Assembly (NCBI GenBank): GCA_014905635.1
Contig: JABVCE010000010.1
Span: 1,116,001-1,180,000, forward strand
Length of the DNA stretch: 64,000 nucleotides
DNA from: Scenedesmus sp. PABB004
Lineage: Eukaryota
Direction: 5' to 3'
How positions within the stretch are numbered: the stretch's first letter is position 1; each line of letters starts with the position of its first letter. The position numbers and the translations under genes were made by a program. Under the pieces are notes generated by a model. The model did no database searches and was not told the DNA's origin. It worked only from the letters and a program-made list of their open reading frames with translations. Of the stretch, positions 42,782-57,656 are shown piece after piece.

Positions 42782-45363
42782 ATGTATCACGCCCTGCCGC
42801 GCGCCCGGCCGCGCGGCGGCGGCAGCGGCAGCGGCAGCGGCAGCGGCAGCGGCAGCAGCAGCAGCGGCAGCAGCGCTCGCCGTCGCCTCGCGCCGGCGCG
42901 GCCGGCGCCGGGCTCGCGGCGGCGCGTGCGCGCGGCGGCGGCCGGCGGCGGGCAGCTGGAGAAGGCCGCCGCGGCTCAGGAGCCGGCGGCGCCGCCGCAG
43001 CAGCACCAGCAGCACCAGGCGGCGGCGGCGGCGGGCGCGGGCGCGACGCCCGCCGAGCCGCCGCCGGCCGGCCCCGCGCGCGTCGCGGCGCGCTTCGCGG
43101 CCGACGTGTCGCCGCTGCTCGCGGTGTCGCTGCTGTGGGGCTCGTACAGCCCCGCGCTGCGCCTGCTGTACAACATGGACGCGACGCTCACGCCGCAGGT
43201 GCTCACCGCGCACCGCACCGTCTACTCGGCGAGCGCGCTGCTCGCGGCGTCGCTGCTGCGCGCGGGGCTGGCGCGCTGGCACGACGCGCGCGCCGAGGCG
43301 GACTCGGCGGCCGCGGCGGCCGCGGCCGCGGCCGCGGCGCAGGAGGCGCGCGACGCGAGCCTGGGCGGCCGCCTCGCGGGCCTGCTGCCCGGCTGGCTGC
43401 GGCCCGGCGCGCCGCCGGAGCCGCGTGAGCCGCCGGAGCCGCCGGGCAGCTGGCTGAGCCGCCTGCAACGCTTCGACAGCAGCAGCAGCGGCGGTGGCGG
43501 CGCGCCGGGCGGCGGCGGCGGCGGCGGCTGCGGCGGCGCCGGCGGCGGCGCGAGCGCGGGCACCGCGTCGGCGGCGGCGGTGCTCGCGGCGGGGCTGGAG
43601 CTGGGCGTGTGGAACTTCCTGGGCACGAGCAGCCAGGCGATCGGGCTGGAGCTCTCCACCGCTACCAAGGCCGCGTTCCTCACGCAGACGACCGCGGTGT
43701 TCACGCCCTGCCTCGCGGTGCTGTGCGGCCAGGCCGTCCTGCCGGCGCACTGGGCCGCGTGCGTGGCGGCGCTGCTCGGGAGCTGCTGCATCACGCTGGA
43801 CTCGCTGCTCGCGCCCGGCGCGCCGCCGCCGCGCCGCCGCCGGCCGCGCCCGGCGGCGGCGGCGCGGACGCCGTGGCGCCCAGGCCGGCGCCCAGCGCGC
43901 CGGCGCCGGCGCTGCGCAGCAGCGCGGTCCCGGCGCCGCCGCTCAGCGGCGGCGCCCCGGAGCCTGCGGCCGCGCAGCGCGGCGACCGCAGCAGCGGCAG
44001 CGGCGACCGCGGCAGCGGCCCGGCGCCAGGCAGCCTCGCAGCGGCCGGCAGCGGCAGCGCCGTCGGGGCAGAGGCAGACGGCGTCGCGAGCGGCGCGTTT
44101 GCCGGCGTGCCGGGCGTCACGTGCAGCCCCACGGCCACGCCGCCCCAGGGCGTGGTGCCCTCGATTTCATGTGCGCCCGTGCCGCCCGGCAGCACGCCGC
44201 TGTCGGCGCTGGAGGTCCACGGCGCCGCTGCCGGCGGGCAGGACGGCGCCAGCGGCACCGGCAGCGCGGCTGCGCCGCCGCCGCCGCGGTCGGCAGCAGC
44301 GCCGGCGGGCGCGCCCGGCAGCGGCCCGGCGCAGCAGCCGTGGTGGCGCTTCGGCCAGCCGCCGCCGCGGCCCGGCGCGACGCAGCGCGGCGCCGCCGGG
44401 GCCGCGTCGGCGGGCCGCGGCTCGCTGAGCGCCGCCAGCAGCGGCGAGGTCTACATCCTGCTGGCCTGCTGCTGCTACGCCATCGCGACCGTGCGGCTGA
44501 GCATGCTCGCGCCGGGCCTCGACCCCGTGCAGCTCGCGACGAGCAAGACGCTCACGCTCGCGGCCGCGTCGCTGTGCTGGCTGCTCGCGTTCCAGGCGGG
44601 CGGCGTGACCACGGCCGGCGCGTCCGCCGCGGCCGCCGCGGTCGGCGCCGCCGCGGCGTCCGCGCCGCCCGCGCCGCCCGGCGGCGTCGCGGCGGAGGCG
44701 GCGGAGGCGGTCGAGGCGCTCGCTGCGGCGGCGGGGTCGGTCAAGGAGGCGGCGCTGCTCGCGGTGCAGGGCGCGCTCGACGCGTGGCAGCTGCCCGAGA
44801 GCTTTGCGCGCGGCGGCGGGCTGCCGCTGCTCGTGTACTCGGCGCTCGGGCCGGGCGCGCTCGCGGCGGTGCTGCAGGCGCAGGGCCAGGCGAGCGTGTC
44901 GGCGGCGCAGGCGCAGGTCTTCTACTCCCTCACGCCCGTGTGGGCGGCGCTGCTCGCGGCCGTGGCGCTGCAGGACGAGGCGATGGGCCCGCTCGCGTGG
45001 CTCGGCGGCGGCGTGATCGTGGCCGCGAGCGTCGGCGCCGCGGTCAGCGACGGCGCCGGCGCCGGCGCCGGCGGCGCGCGCAAGCCGCCCGACGGCGGCG
45101 GCAGCCGCGGCGGCACGCGGCCGCCCAGCCCGGGCCGTGAGGGCGGCGCCGTCCCTGGCCTGCTGCGGCAGCGAACAAACGCGAGCGCACGACGACCTGG
45201 CGCGGGGGGGGGGGGGTGTCGAGCTCGAGCGCTCGGGGCGCGCACGCACTCACACGCACTGCTGTCGGGCGGCGGCGCGCCCACCCGAACGGCGCGCGGG
45301 TCGCCGGTTTTTGACGCACTTGCTTGTTTCCACCACAGACACGACGCCTGTTCTGCCTGCTAG
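42782..45363 (+). CDS. EamA/DMT-family transporter, apparently intronless, with one apparent frameshift near 43815
   Basis: LLAVSLLWGSYSP, AGLELGVWNFLGTSSQAIGLELSTATKAAFLTQTTAVFTP; second half GEVYILLACCCYA, YSALGPGALAAVLQAQGQASVSAAQAQVFYSLTPVWAALLA, WLGGGVIVAA. The exact stop is uncertain. Confidence 0.82.
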
Positions 45364-45835
45364 CGCGCGGCGGGCACGGCCGGCGGCGACGCCGAGCGCG
45401 CTCCCCGGGCAACGAGAGGGCGGCGCCGCCAGCGCGGCTGGGGCGGCCGTGTGCATGGGGGGCGCACGCACGCACGATCCTCGCCGGCGGCGGGGCCGCG
45501 GCGCGCGGGGCTGCGCGGCGCGCGCGGCGCCGCGGCGCGCGGCGTGTGAGCGGGCGCGCCGCCGCGCCGCGGCGCCGCGGTCGCCGCTCGCGCCGCCTGG
45601 AGTGCCCGGCGACTGCGCCGCGCACGGACAGCCGGCTGGCACGAGGCCTTCCGACGTAACGGCGGGACTCGTCGAGGCGCAGCAGTAGCGAGACCCTCTC
45701 CGCTCCCTCCCGTTTGGCCCCACTCTCCCGGCGCTGCTGGCCCGCACGCGTACGCGCCTGGCCGCGCGCAAACGGCGCACGCTGCCGCGCCCGGCGTTGA
45801 GGCAGGCTGGAGGGCCCGCTGGCGTGCCCAAACGA

Positions 45836-48947
<3,112 letters not shown>

Positions 48948-50082
48948 GGCGGCGGCGGCGGCGGCGGCAGCGGCCGCGGCCGCGCGCGCGGCGGCGCCGC
49001 ACCCGGCGCGCGCGGCGGCGCCGCGCCCCGCGCGCGCCCGCGCCGCCTGGGCAGCAGCCGAGCGGCGCGCTGCAGCTGGCGGCGGCGGGCGTGCGTGCGC
49101 AGGCGGGGGCCTGCCGGCCGCGGCGGCGCCCGGCTGGCGTCGGGGCCGCCGCGCGCTCCCGGGCGCGCACAGGGGCGCGCGTGGCGCTGGGGCGGGCTCT
49201 CGCTTTGGCAGAGGACGGCGGGGAGGGGACGGCGGGAAGGGCGGTCGAGACTGTGGGGCTGTGCGCGCCGCGCGCAAGCAACGCCTTGCGGCGGCGCGGG
49301 GGCCGGACGTGGGTGCGGGCATGCGTGCGTGCGTGATGCGGTCGGGCGGTCGCGCGGGGTTTTAGCTAGACGGAGGTAGGGAGCCCCCAGAGCCCAGCGG
49401 CGGCGCGGGCGGCCGCCGGTTTTGCGAGAGAGCTCGCGGCGGCGGCGCGGCGTGTGGCGCGCCCCCGCCCGGAGCCTAGCACACCCACACGGCGCGGCGC
49501 ACGGCGCGCGGCACTGACCAGACAGCACTTTTTTTGGTGAGCCGCGCGGGCTCGCTCGTGGGGGCCAGGCCCTGGCCGCCCGCCGCCCGCGCGCTGCTGC
49601 GCCGTGTGCACGCGCGCCGCTCGTGCCCGGTGTGTGTACTCTCTCTCTCTCTGTGCCATCACCCCGGGGGAGCGTCTTGCCTCCCCCGCGCTCGCCTGCC
49701 GCGCATGGCCTGGCGCGGCGTCCCTGCTGCTGCCGCGCGAGCGAGCGGCGGCACGCCGGCGGCCGTGTAGTTGCGCGGCGAGCCGACGATCACGCCCGAT
49801 CGCGCAGCCCGGCCAGCCACGAGCACGGCCGCCGGCCGCCGCGACCCAACCGCCGCCGCCGTCCCGCGCGCGCTGCCGTCGCCGTCGTCGGGGTTGTGCC
49901 GCGCGCCGCCGCAGCCGCCGCACCCTCCGCCGTGGTCCACTTTCGCCACCATCGCCGCCGGCCCGCCAGCGGGCGCCGTCCCCTCCCACGCAACCAGCTG
50001 CTGCTCCCGGCCCCACGCGAGCAGCTGCTGGCCCGCGTCCCGCCGTCGGGCGGCCCGGCGCGCGGCGCGCCCGCCGAGCCCG

Positions 50083-53000
50083 ATGACCGGCGGGGAGGAG
50101 CACGGAGCCGCGGCGCCCAAGAAGCGCTACACCGGCGTCTGGCCATTCCGCAAGGAGCTGGTCGAGGCGCCGCTGTACGACGACGTCAACTGCCCCTATG
50201 GCGTCAAGCCGTCGGAGCTGTTCAAGCTCAATGAGGTGCAGCCGGCGCCCCGCAGCAGGCCGGCGCCGCGCCGGCGAGCAGCAGCGGCGAGCAGCAGCGC
50301 TGACCGCCGCCGCCGCGCGCCCGCCGCGCCGCCGCAGGACAAGGACATGGGCAAGCTGCGGGAGCTGGGCGGCGTCGAGGGCCTGGCGGCCGCGCTGCGC
50401 GCCGACACGCGGCGCGGGCTCGACCCTGCCGCGGAGGGCGACGCGTCGCTGGCCGAGCACGAGCGCGTGTTTGGCTCCAACACGCTGCCCACCGTGCCCC
50501 AGAAAAACTTCTTCGCGCTGTGCTTCGAGAACCTGAAGGACCCCATCATCCTGCTGCTCATCGCCGCCGCGCTGGTGCGCGGCCGGCGCCGCCGGCGGCG
50601 GCTGTCGCGGCAGCACGCGGCGCTGCTGCGCCGCAGACGCGCGCGCGGCCGCCGACGCGCGCCGCCGGCCTGCCGCCCGCGGCGCAGGTGTCCACGGTGC
50701 TGGGCGTCGCGCTGGAGGAGCAGCGCAAGGAGGGGGAGTGGATCGAAGGCATTGCCATCTGGGTCGCGGTCGCGATCGTCATCATGGTCGGTGCGTGGCG
50801 CCCCCCGCGGCGGCGGCGGCGCTCGGGCCTGTGTCCGTGGCGGGGGCCGCGCGGCCACAATGCTGGCGGGGCAGCGGCCGGCGGCGGCGCCGGTGCCGCG
50901 GTCCGGCGGCGCCCGACGCGCGGGCGGCACGCACCGGGGCGCGCATCGGTGCGACCCGGTCCCCCGTCCTCTCTCTCTCTCTCTCTAACTCTCCCTCGCC
51001 CTCGCCCCGGTCATCAGGCGCGGGCAACGACTACCAGAAGGACCTGCAGTTCCGGAAGCTCAACGCGCAAAAGGACATCATTGAGGTCACCGTCACGCGC
51101 GGCGGCGAGACCAAGGCGCGCGCCGCGCCGCGCCGCGCGGCGCCGGCGGCCTCTGCGCGACCCGCGCCCAGCGCCCACGCCACCGCGCGCCGCCCGCCGC
51201 CCACCGCCACCGCGCGCCGCCCGCCGCCCACCGCGTCCGCGCGCCCACGCCCCCGCAGCTGGTGAAGAACACGGAGCTGGTCGTGGGCGACGTGTACCTG
51301 GTCAACATGGGCGACAAGGTCGTCGCCGACGGCGTGCTCATCGACGGCTTCCACCTCATCATAGATGAGGCCTCCCTCACCGGTGCGCCGCGGCGCGGCG
51401 CGGCGCGGCGCGCCGGTTTGCTGGCGGTCGGTCTGGCAGATGATTGTTGGCGGCGCGGCGGCACGCGCACCGCGTTTGACCGCGCCGCGCGCGCCGCGCG
51501 TGCCGTGCCGCGCCGGCCCCGCGCCGCACCACAGGCGAGAGCGACCCGATCAAGAAAAACCCCGAGGAGGACCCCTGGGTCCGCAGCGGCACGCAGGTGA
51601 GGGACGGGCCGCGGCGCGGCGCGGCGCGGCGCGTGGGCAGCAGATCGCGCCGCAACCCGCCCGCGCCACGCCGTGCCAACCGCGCCCGCGCCGGGGTTCC
51701 GCCGCCGCGCAGGTCAGCGAGGGCAGCGGCCGCCTGCTCATCGTGGCGACGGGGTCGCAGAGCGAGTGGGGCAAGACGATGGCGCTCGTCGGCGGCGCGG
51801 GCAGCGAGGACACGCCGCTGCAGGAGAAGCTCGCCGACCTCGCGGCCGCGATCGGCAAGATCGGCTTTGGCGTCGCGGTGGCCTGCTTCATCGCGCTGCT
51901 CATCAAGTGGTGCGCCGCGCGGCGCCGCGCGCAGCGCCAGGGGCTCGCGCGCCGGCCGCCGCGGCACGCCGTGCAGCCGCGGCGGCCGCCGCGGCCGGGG
52001 GGTGCGAGTGCGGCGCCGCCGCGCCGCCCGCGCGCGCGCTCGAGTCCTCTTCCTTCTCACCTCGCCGCGCCGCGCCGCGCGCCGCCGCGCGGCCAGGTGC
52101 GTGGTGAACCGCGGCTTCCCTCTGAGCAAAATCAACCAGAATGGCCCCGTGCAGTTCTTCCTCTACGCCGTGGTGCGTGTGTGTCTGTGTGTGTCTCTGT
52201 GTGAATTAGTGGGGAGGGGGCGCTGCGGCTCACTCGCTGGCAAACTCGCCGGGGGCGGGCTCGGGGCAGCGCCGGGCCGGGGCGACGCGCGGCGGCCGCC
52301 GCCGGCGCTGACACGCTGCCGCCGGCGGCGGCGCCGCCGCGCGCAGACGATCGTGGTCGTGGCGGTGCCGGAGGGCCTGCCGCTCGCGGTGACGATCGCG
52401 CTGGCCTACAGCATGAAGAAGATGATGCGGGTGCGCTCGACTGCCGACTGTTTGAATTCAATTCAAACTACTAAAAACAGGTTTTTTACCAGCGCGCGCG
52501 GGCCCGCGCCCACGCGCTGCCGCCGCCGCCGCCGCCGCCGCGGCAGGACAACAACTTTGTGCGCGTGCTCGCGGCGTGCGAGACGATGGGCGGCGCGACC
52601 GCGATCTGCAGCGACAAGACCGGCACGCTCACCGAGAACCGCATGACAGTGCGCGGCGCCGGGGCTTAGGGCCAGGGCGCAGGGCCCAGCGCCTGTGCCC
52701 GCTGTCGCCTCCCCGCGCGCCGCCTGCGCCCGCGCGCGCGCTCCGCGCTCGGCCACGGCCCACCCGCCGTGCGCGCCGCGCGCGCCGCAGGTCGTGGAGG
52801 GCTGGTTCGCGGGCGTCCAGTTTGACCACGCGCCCAAGCCCGAGGTGCGGCCTCCCTCCCCTCCTCCCACCGCCGCCGCGCCACCGGCCCGCCGCGCCGG
52901 CGCGCTCACGCGCCAGCGCGCGCGCGCGCCCCGCGCCCGGCCGCGCCCGCGCCGGCCAGGAGCTGCGCCCCGAGCTGCTGGCCGAGCTGTCCAACAACGC

Positions 53001-56000
53001 CTGCCTCAACAGCAAGGCCTTCCTCATCGACCACGGCGGCGACCTGCCGCTCGAGTTTGTCGGCAACCGCACCGAGTGCGCGCTGCTGGTGCTCGCGAGA
53101 AAGTGGGGCGTCGACTACAAGCAGGCGCGCTGCAGCGCCGGCGCCCGCGCACCCCCCGCGCACGCGCGCACCCGCGCCGCGCCCTCCCGCCCTCCCTCGC
53201 GCACGCGCTCCGCGCCGCGCGCTGCAGCCTCACGGCCGCCGCCGCCGTCGGCGCCGGCGCCGCTGCCCCCGCCGCAGGTGCGCGAGGAGGCCGCACCGCG
53301 CATGGCCGAGGTCTACGCCTTCACGTCGGCCAAGAAGATGGCCAGCGTGCTCGTGCGCCGCGGCGACGACTCGCTGCGCCTCTACAACAAGGTGCGCGCG
53401 GCGTGCGCGGCGGCGGCGCCGCGCGTGCGCGGCGGCTCAGCAGCACCGCGGCGCAGCACCGCGGCGCAGCACTGCGGCGCGGCCGATCGGCGCGCGCCGC
53501 GCGCGCCCGGTCCCTGCCGCGCCGCCGGGTCTCACGCGCCGCGCGCCGCCGCCGCCGCCGCCGCCGTGCCGTCAGGGCGCGGCGGAGTGGGTGCTCAAGC
53601 GCTGCGTGAGCCTGGTCAACGAGCGCGGCGAGGTCGTGCCCATGACCGACGCGGCGCGCGACGCCCTCATGCAGGCGCGCCGCCGCCGACGACCGCCGCC
53701 GCTCGCGCGCCGCCGCGCGCCGCTCAGCCCCGCCGCCGCGCCGCGCCTCCCTGCCCCACACGCCAACCGCCGCCCGCGCGCGCAGACGGTCGTCGGCATG
53801 GCCTCGCGCGGCCTGCGCTGCATCTGCCTGTCCTACACAGACTATCCCGCCACCGACGCGGCGCGGCCGTCCGACTTTTTCGAGGACGCGGACCGCGTGG
53901 ACGTCAACCTCGTCGCGATGGCGGTCGTGGGCATCAAGGACCCCGTGCGGTGAGGCGCAGCGGCGCGGCGCGCACAGCGCGGCGGGCGACTCGGCCCGGG
54001 AGCCCCGGGCGCCGCCGCGCGGCGTGGCGCGCCCACGCCCACGCCCCGCCGCCGCCGCCGCGGCCGCGGCCATGCGCAGCGCCGAGGTCCCGCACGCGGT
54101 CAAGGTGTGCCAGAACGCGGGCATCACGGTGCGCATGGTCACGGGCGACAACATCCACACCGCGCGCCACATCGCGCGCGAGTGCGGCATCCTCACCGAC
54201 GGCGGCGCCGCGCTCGAGGGACCCAACTTCCGGGCGATGCCCGCGGGCGAGCTCGTCCCGCTGCTGCCCAAGCTCCAGGCGCGCCGCGATGCCAGCGCCG
54301 CGGGCGGCCGCCGCTGGCGCTGGCGCCGCCGCGCCGCGCACGCCCCGCGCGCCGTCTCTCGCGCCCTCCGGCCGACCTCGCGCGCGTCGTCCGTCACACG
54401 CGCGCGCAGGTGCTGGCGCGGTCGAGCCCCGAGGACAAGCTCACGCTGGTGAGCCTGCTCAAGAAGGAGGGCGAGGTCGTCGCGGTCACCGGCGACGGCA
54501 CCAACGACGCGCCCGCGCTCAAGGAGAGCGACGTCGGCCTCGCCATGGGCATCGCCGGCACCGAGGTGCGCGGCATCCTGGGCCCCGCCGCCGCCGCCGC
54601 CGCCGCCGCCGCGCGCCCCTCTCTCTCCCACCACGCCGCACCGTCACGCGCGCCGTCCCTCTCACACACCGCCGTCACACCATCATGCCGCCGCCTCGCG
54701 CCCGCCAGGTCGCCAAGGAGGCGGCTGACATTGTGATCATGGATGACAACTTCAGGTGCGCCGCCGCGCCGCACTGCGCTGCGCTCGCTGCGCCGCCGCG
54801 CCGCTCAGCCGCCGCCGCGCCGGCGCCGCCGCTGCCGCCGCGCCCGCAGCTCCATCGTCAAGTGAGGCACATCGCTGGGGTTAAGGGGCTGGTTTAGGGC
54901 CGCGCCCCCACCCCCACCGCCCGCACCTGCCCAGCCCCGCCGCTCGGGCGCCGCGCGCGCCCGAGCGCGCGCGCCGCGCCCTTTTCTGCCCTCGCCGCGC
55001 GCACGCGCGCGCGCGCTCGATCAGCTCGCGCGCCGCCGCCGCGCGCGCAGGGCGGTGCTGTGGGGCGCAGCGTGTTCAACAGCATCCGCAAGTTCCTGCA
55101 GTTCCAGCTGACCGTCAACTTTGTCGCGCTCGTCGTCGCGTTTGTGCGCGCGCGCGCCGGGGGGGGGGGGGAACTCGGGGGCAGAAGCGGGCGCGGGGCG
55201 CGCGCGCGCTCAGCTCTCGCGCGCCCCCGCCGCCGCGGCGCGCAGGTCGGCGCGATCATCGGCGGCCGCATCCCGCTCAACGTGCTGCAGCTGCTCTGGG
55301 TCAACCTCATCATGGACACCATGGGCGCGCTCGCGCTCGCGACGGAGGACCCAAACCCCTCGCTCCTCGACGACAAGGCGCGCACCGCGCCGCACCGCGC
55401 CGTGCCGCGCCGCGCCGCGCCGCGCCGCTCGCCGCCGCGCGCACCGCGTCGCACCGCGCCGCTCCGCCTCGCTCGCCGCGCGCCTCCCCCGCCGCCTGCC
55501 TCGCGCGCCGCTCCGCCGCCTGCCTCGTGCGCCTCCCCTGCCGCCCGCCTCTCCCGCCCACGCGCGCACGCGCCCGGCACGCACACACGCCCCGCATGCA
55601 CCCCCCCCCCCCCCCACACACACACACACACCCGCGCGCGCAGCCGCACGGGCGCGACGAGAGCCTGATCACGGCCAAGATGTGGAAGCACATCCTGGTG
55701 CAGGGCCTGTACCAGATGTTCTGGCTCTTCTTCTTCATGTACGCCGCGCCCGTGCTGTTTGAGCGCTACCGCATCACCACGGCCTGCGCGTTTGCGACAA
55801 ACGGGCCCTACGAGGCGCGCGCAGCGCGCGCGCGCGCGGCCGCCGCGCCGGCGCGGGTGTCGTGACTGAATGACCGACCGGCGCCCCGCGCGGCCCCGGC
55901 GCCCCGCAGGCCGCGCCCGACCCCGGGTTCTGCGCGGGGCACCTCGTGTCGGCGGCCGGGCTGTCCCCCGCCAACGCGACCTTTTACTGCGGCGCGATGA

Positions 56001-57232
56001 GTGCGTGCGGCTTCGCGAGCGGCTGCGGCGACGCGCGGCGGCAGACGCCGGAGTGCCCCTTCTTCGCGCGCATGCCGCCCGGCACGCAGGCGCGTGGCAA
56101 ACGTGTCAGCGGGGAGGGTGTCAAGCTGGCAGAGCGGGAGGCGGCGCGCGCGCGCCAGGCGCCGCGCCGCTGAGGCGCCGCGCGCGCCGCGCAGGTCCCG
56201 GCAGCGCGGGCGCCGCGTTCGCTGCGGCCTTCCCCGCCGGCGCGCCGCCGGGCGGGCCGACGCTGGACGGCTTCAACGCCGCCGTCACGTCCATGGACAA
56301 GGCCTACCTGCACGAGGGCGAGAAGGACTGGGAGAAGGCCGACTCGGTGCTCTTCAACGCCTTCATCTTCCTGCAGGCACGGCGCCGCGCTGTGTGCGCT
56401 GTGTGCGTGCTGTGCGTGCGCCGTGTGCGCTGTGCTGTGCGTGCTGTGTGCGCTGTGAGCGCTGTGAGCGCTGCCGAGGCGCCGCGCGCGCCCGAGGCCC
56501 GAGCCTCGCCGCCGCCGCCGCGCCGCCGCCGCAGCTGCTGAACGAGGTCAACGCGCGGCGCATCAAGGACGAGCTCAACGTGTTTGAGGGCATCCACCGC
56601 AGCCCCATCTTCCTCGCCGTCATCGCCATCACCGCCGGCCTGCAGGCGCGCCGCCCGCCCGCGCGCCCGCGCGCCGCCGCCGCGCGCACGCACGCCACAT
56701 GCACGCACGCCCCCGCGCGCACGCCCGCCCCACGCCCACCGCCGCTGCCGCGTCGCCGTGGCCGCGTGACCGTCAACCCGTCCCTGTCCCCGCAGGTGAT
56801 CATCATGCAGACGCCGGTGGGGCGCTTTTTCAAGGTCATACCCATCAACGGCGTGGAGTGGGCGGTCAGCGTCGCGATCGGGCTCTCCGCCGTCCCCGTC
56901 TCCATACTCACGCGCATCATCTCGCGGTGCGAGGGCGGGCGGCGGCGCGGGGGCGGGGCGGGGCCCGCGGCGCGCTCGCCGCCGCCGCCCGGCCCGCGCG
57001 GTTGCTGACGCGCCGCCGCCGCCCCGCCCGCCGCAGGTGCCTGCCGCCGATCCACTTCCGGCGCCCTCGCCGCCGGGGGCGGCGCTCCGCGTCGCTGCGC
57101 GTGCACGATGAGGCGGTCGCGCTCGCGCGGCGCAGCGCCGACGGCGCGCACGGCGGCGCCAAGGCGTCCAACGGCGCCGGCGCGAGCGACGCGCCCAAGG
57201 CGGCGGCCGTGGCGCCCGTGGCGCCGGCCTGA
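50083..57232 (+). CDS. ACA: P2B-type Ca2+-ATPase (ACA/PMCA), 27 exons
   Basis: [33 protein letters not shown] (phosphorylated Asp), [82 protein letters not shown]. Confidence 0.97.
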
Positions 57233-57656
57233 GGCGGGAGTCGGACTGACATTTCCGGCGCGGTGCATCGGAGGGCTGCTCGCTCATGTCGCTGGTGCGC
57301 GACGCTGCCCTGAAACGCACTCGCTGGCGGCGCGCGGTGGGGCGCTGGAACTTCAAATCAATCCGGGGGGCTTTGCTTGCCGTGGGCTAGTCAGGCCAGC
57401 ACGGGCGGCGGCGGCGGTGCGCCGACCAGGCGCGAGTGCGTGGCGGGCAGCCGCCTGGCTCAGTCCAACACAACCCGACGCTGGCCTGGGCGGAGCGAAA
57501 GTGGTGGGGTTCGGGGTTGGTCAGGGCCCTGGCAGCGAGGGGGGGCGGCGCTGGCGGCGGCGCTGGCGGCGCGCGTGCGTGTGCGCGGGCCCTGTGAGAG
57601 ACGGTTAACGGCCGCGCGCGAGCCCCAGCACACGCCCGTTGCAATCGGCCGGCGCG

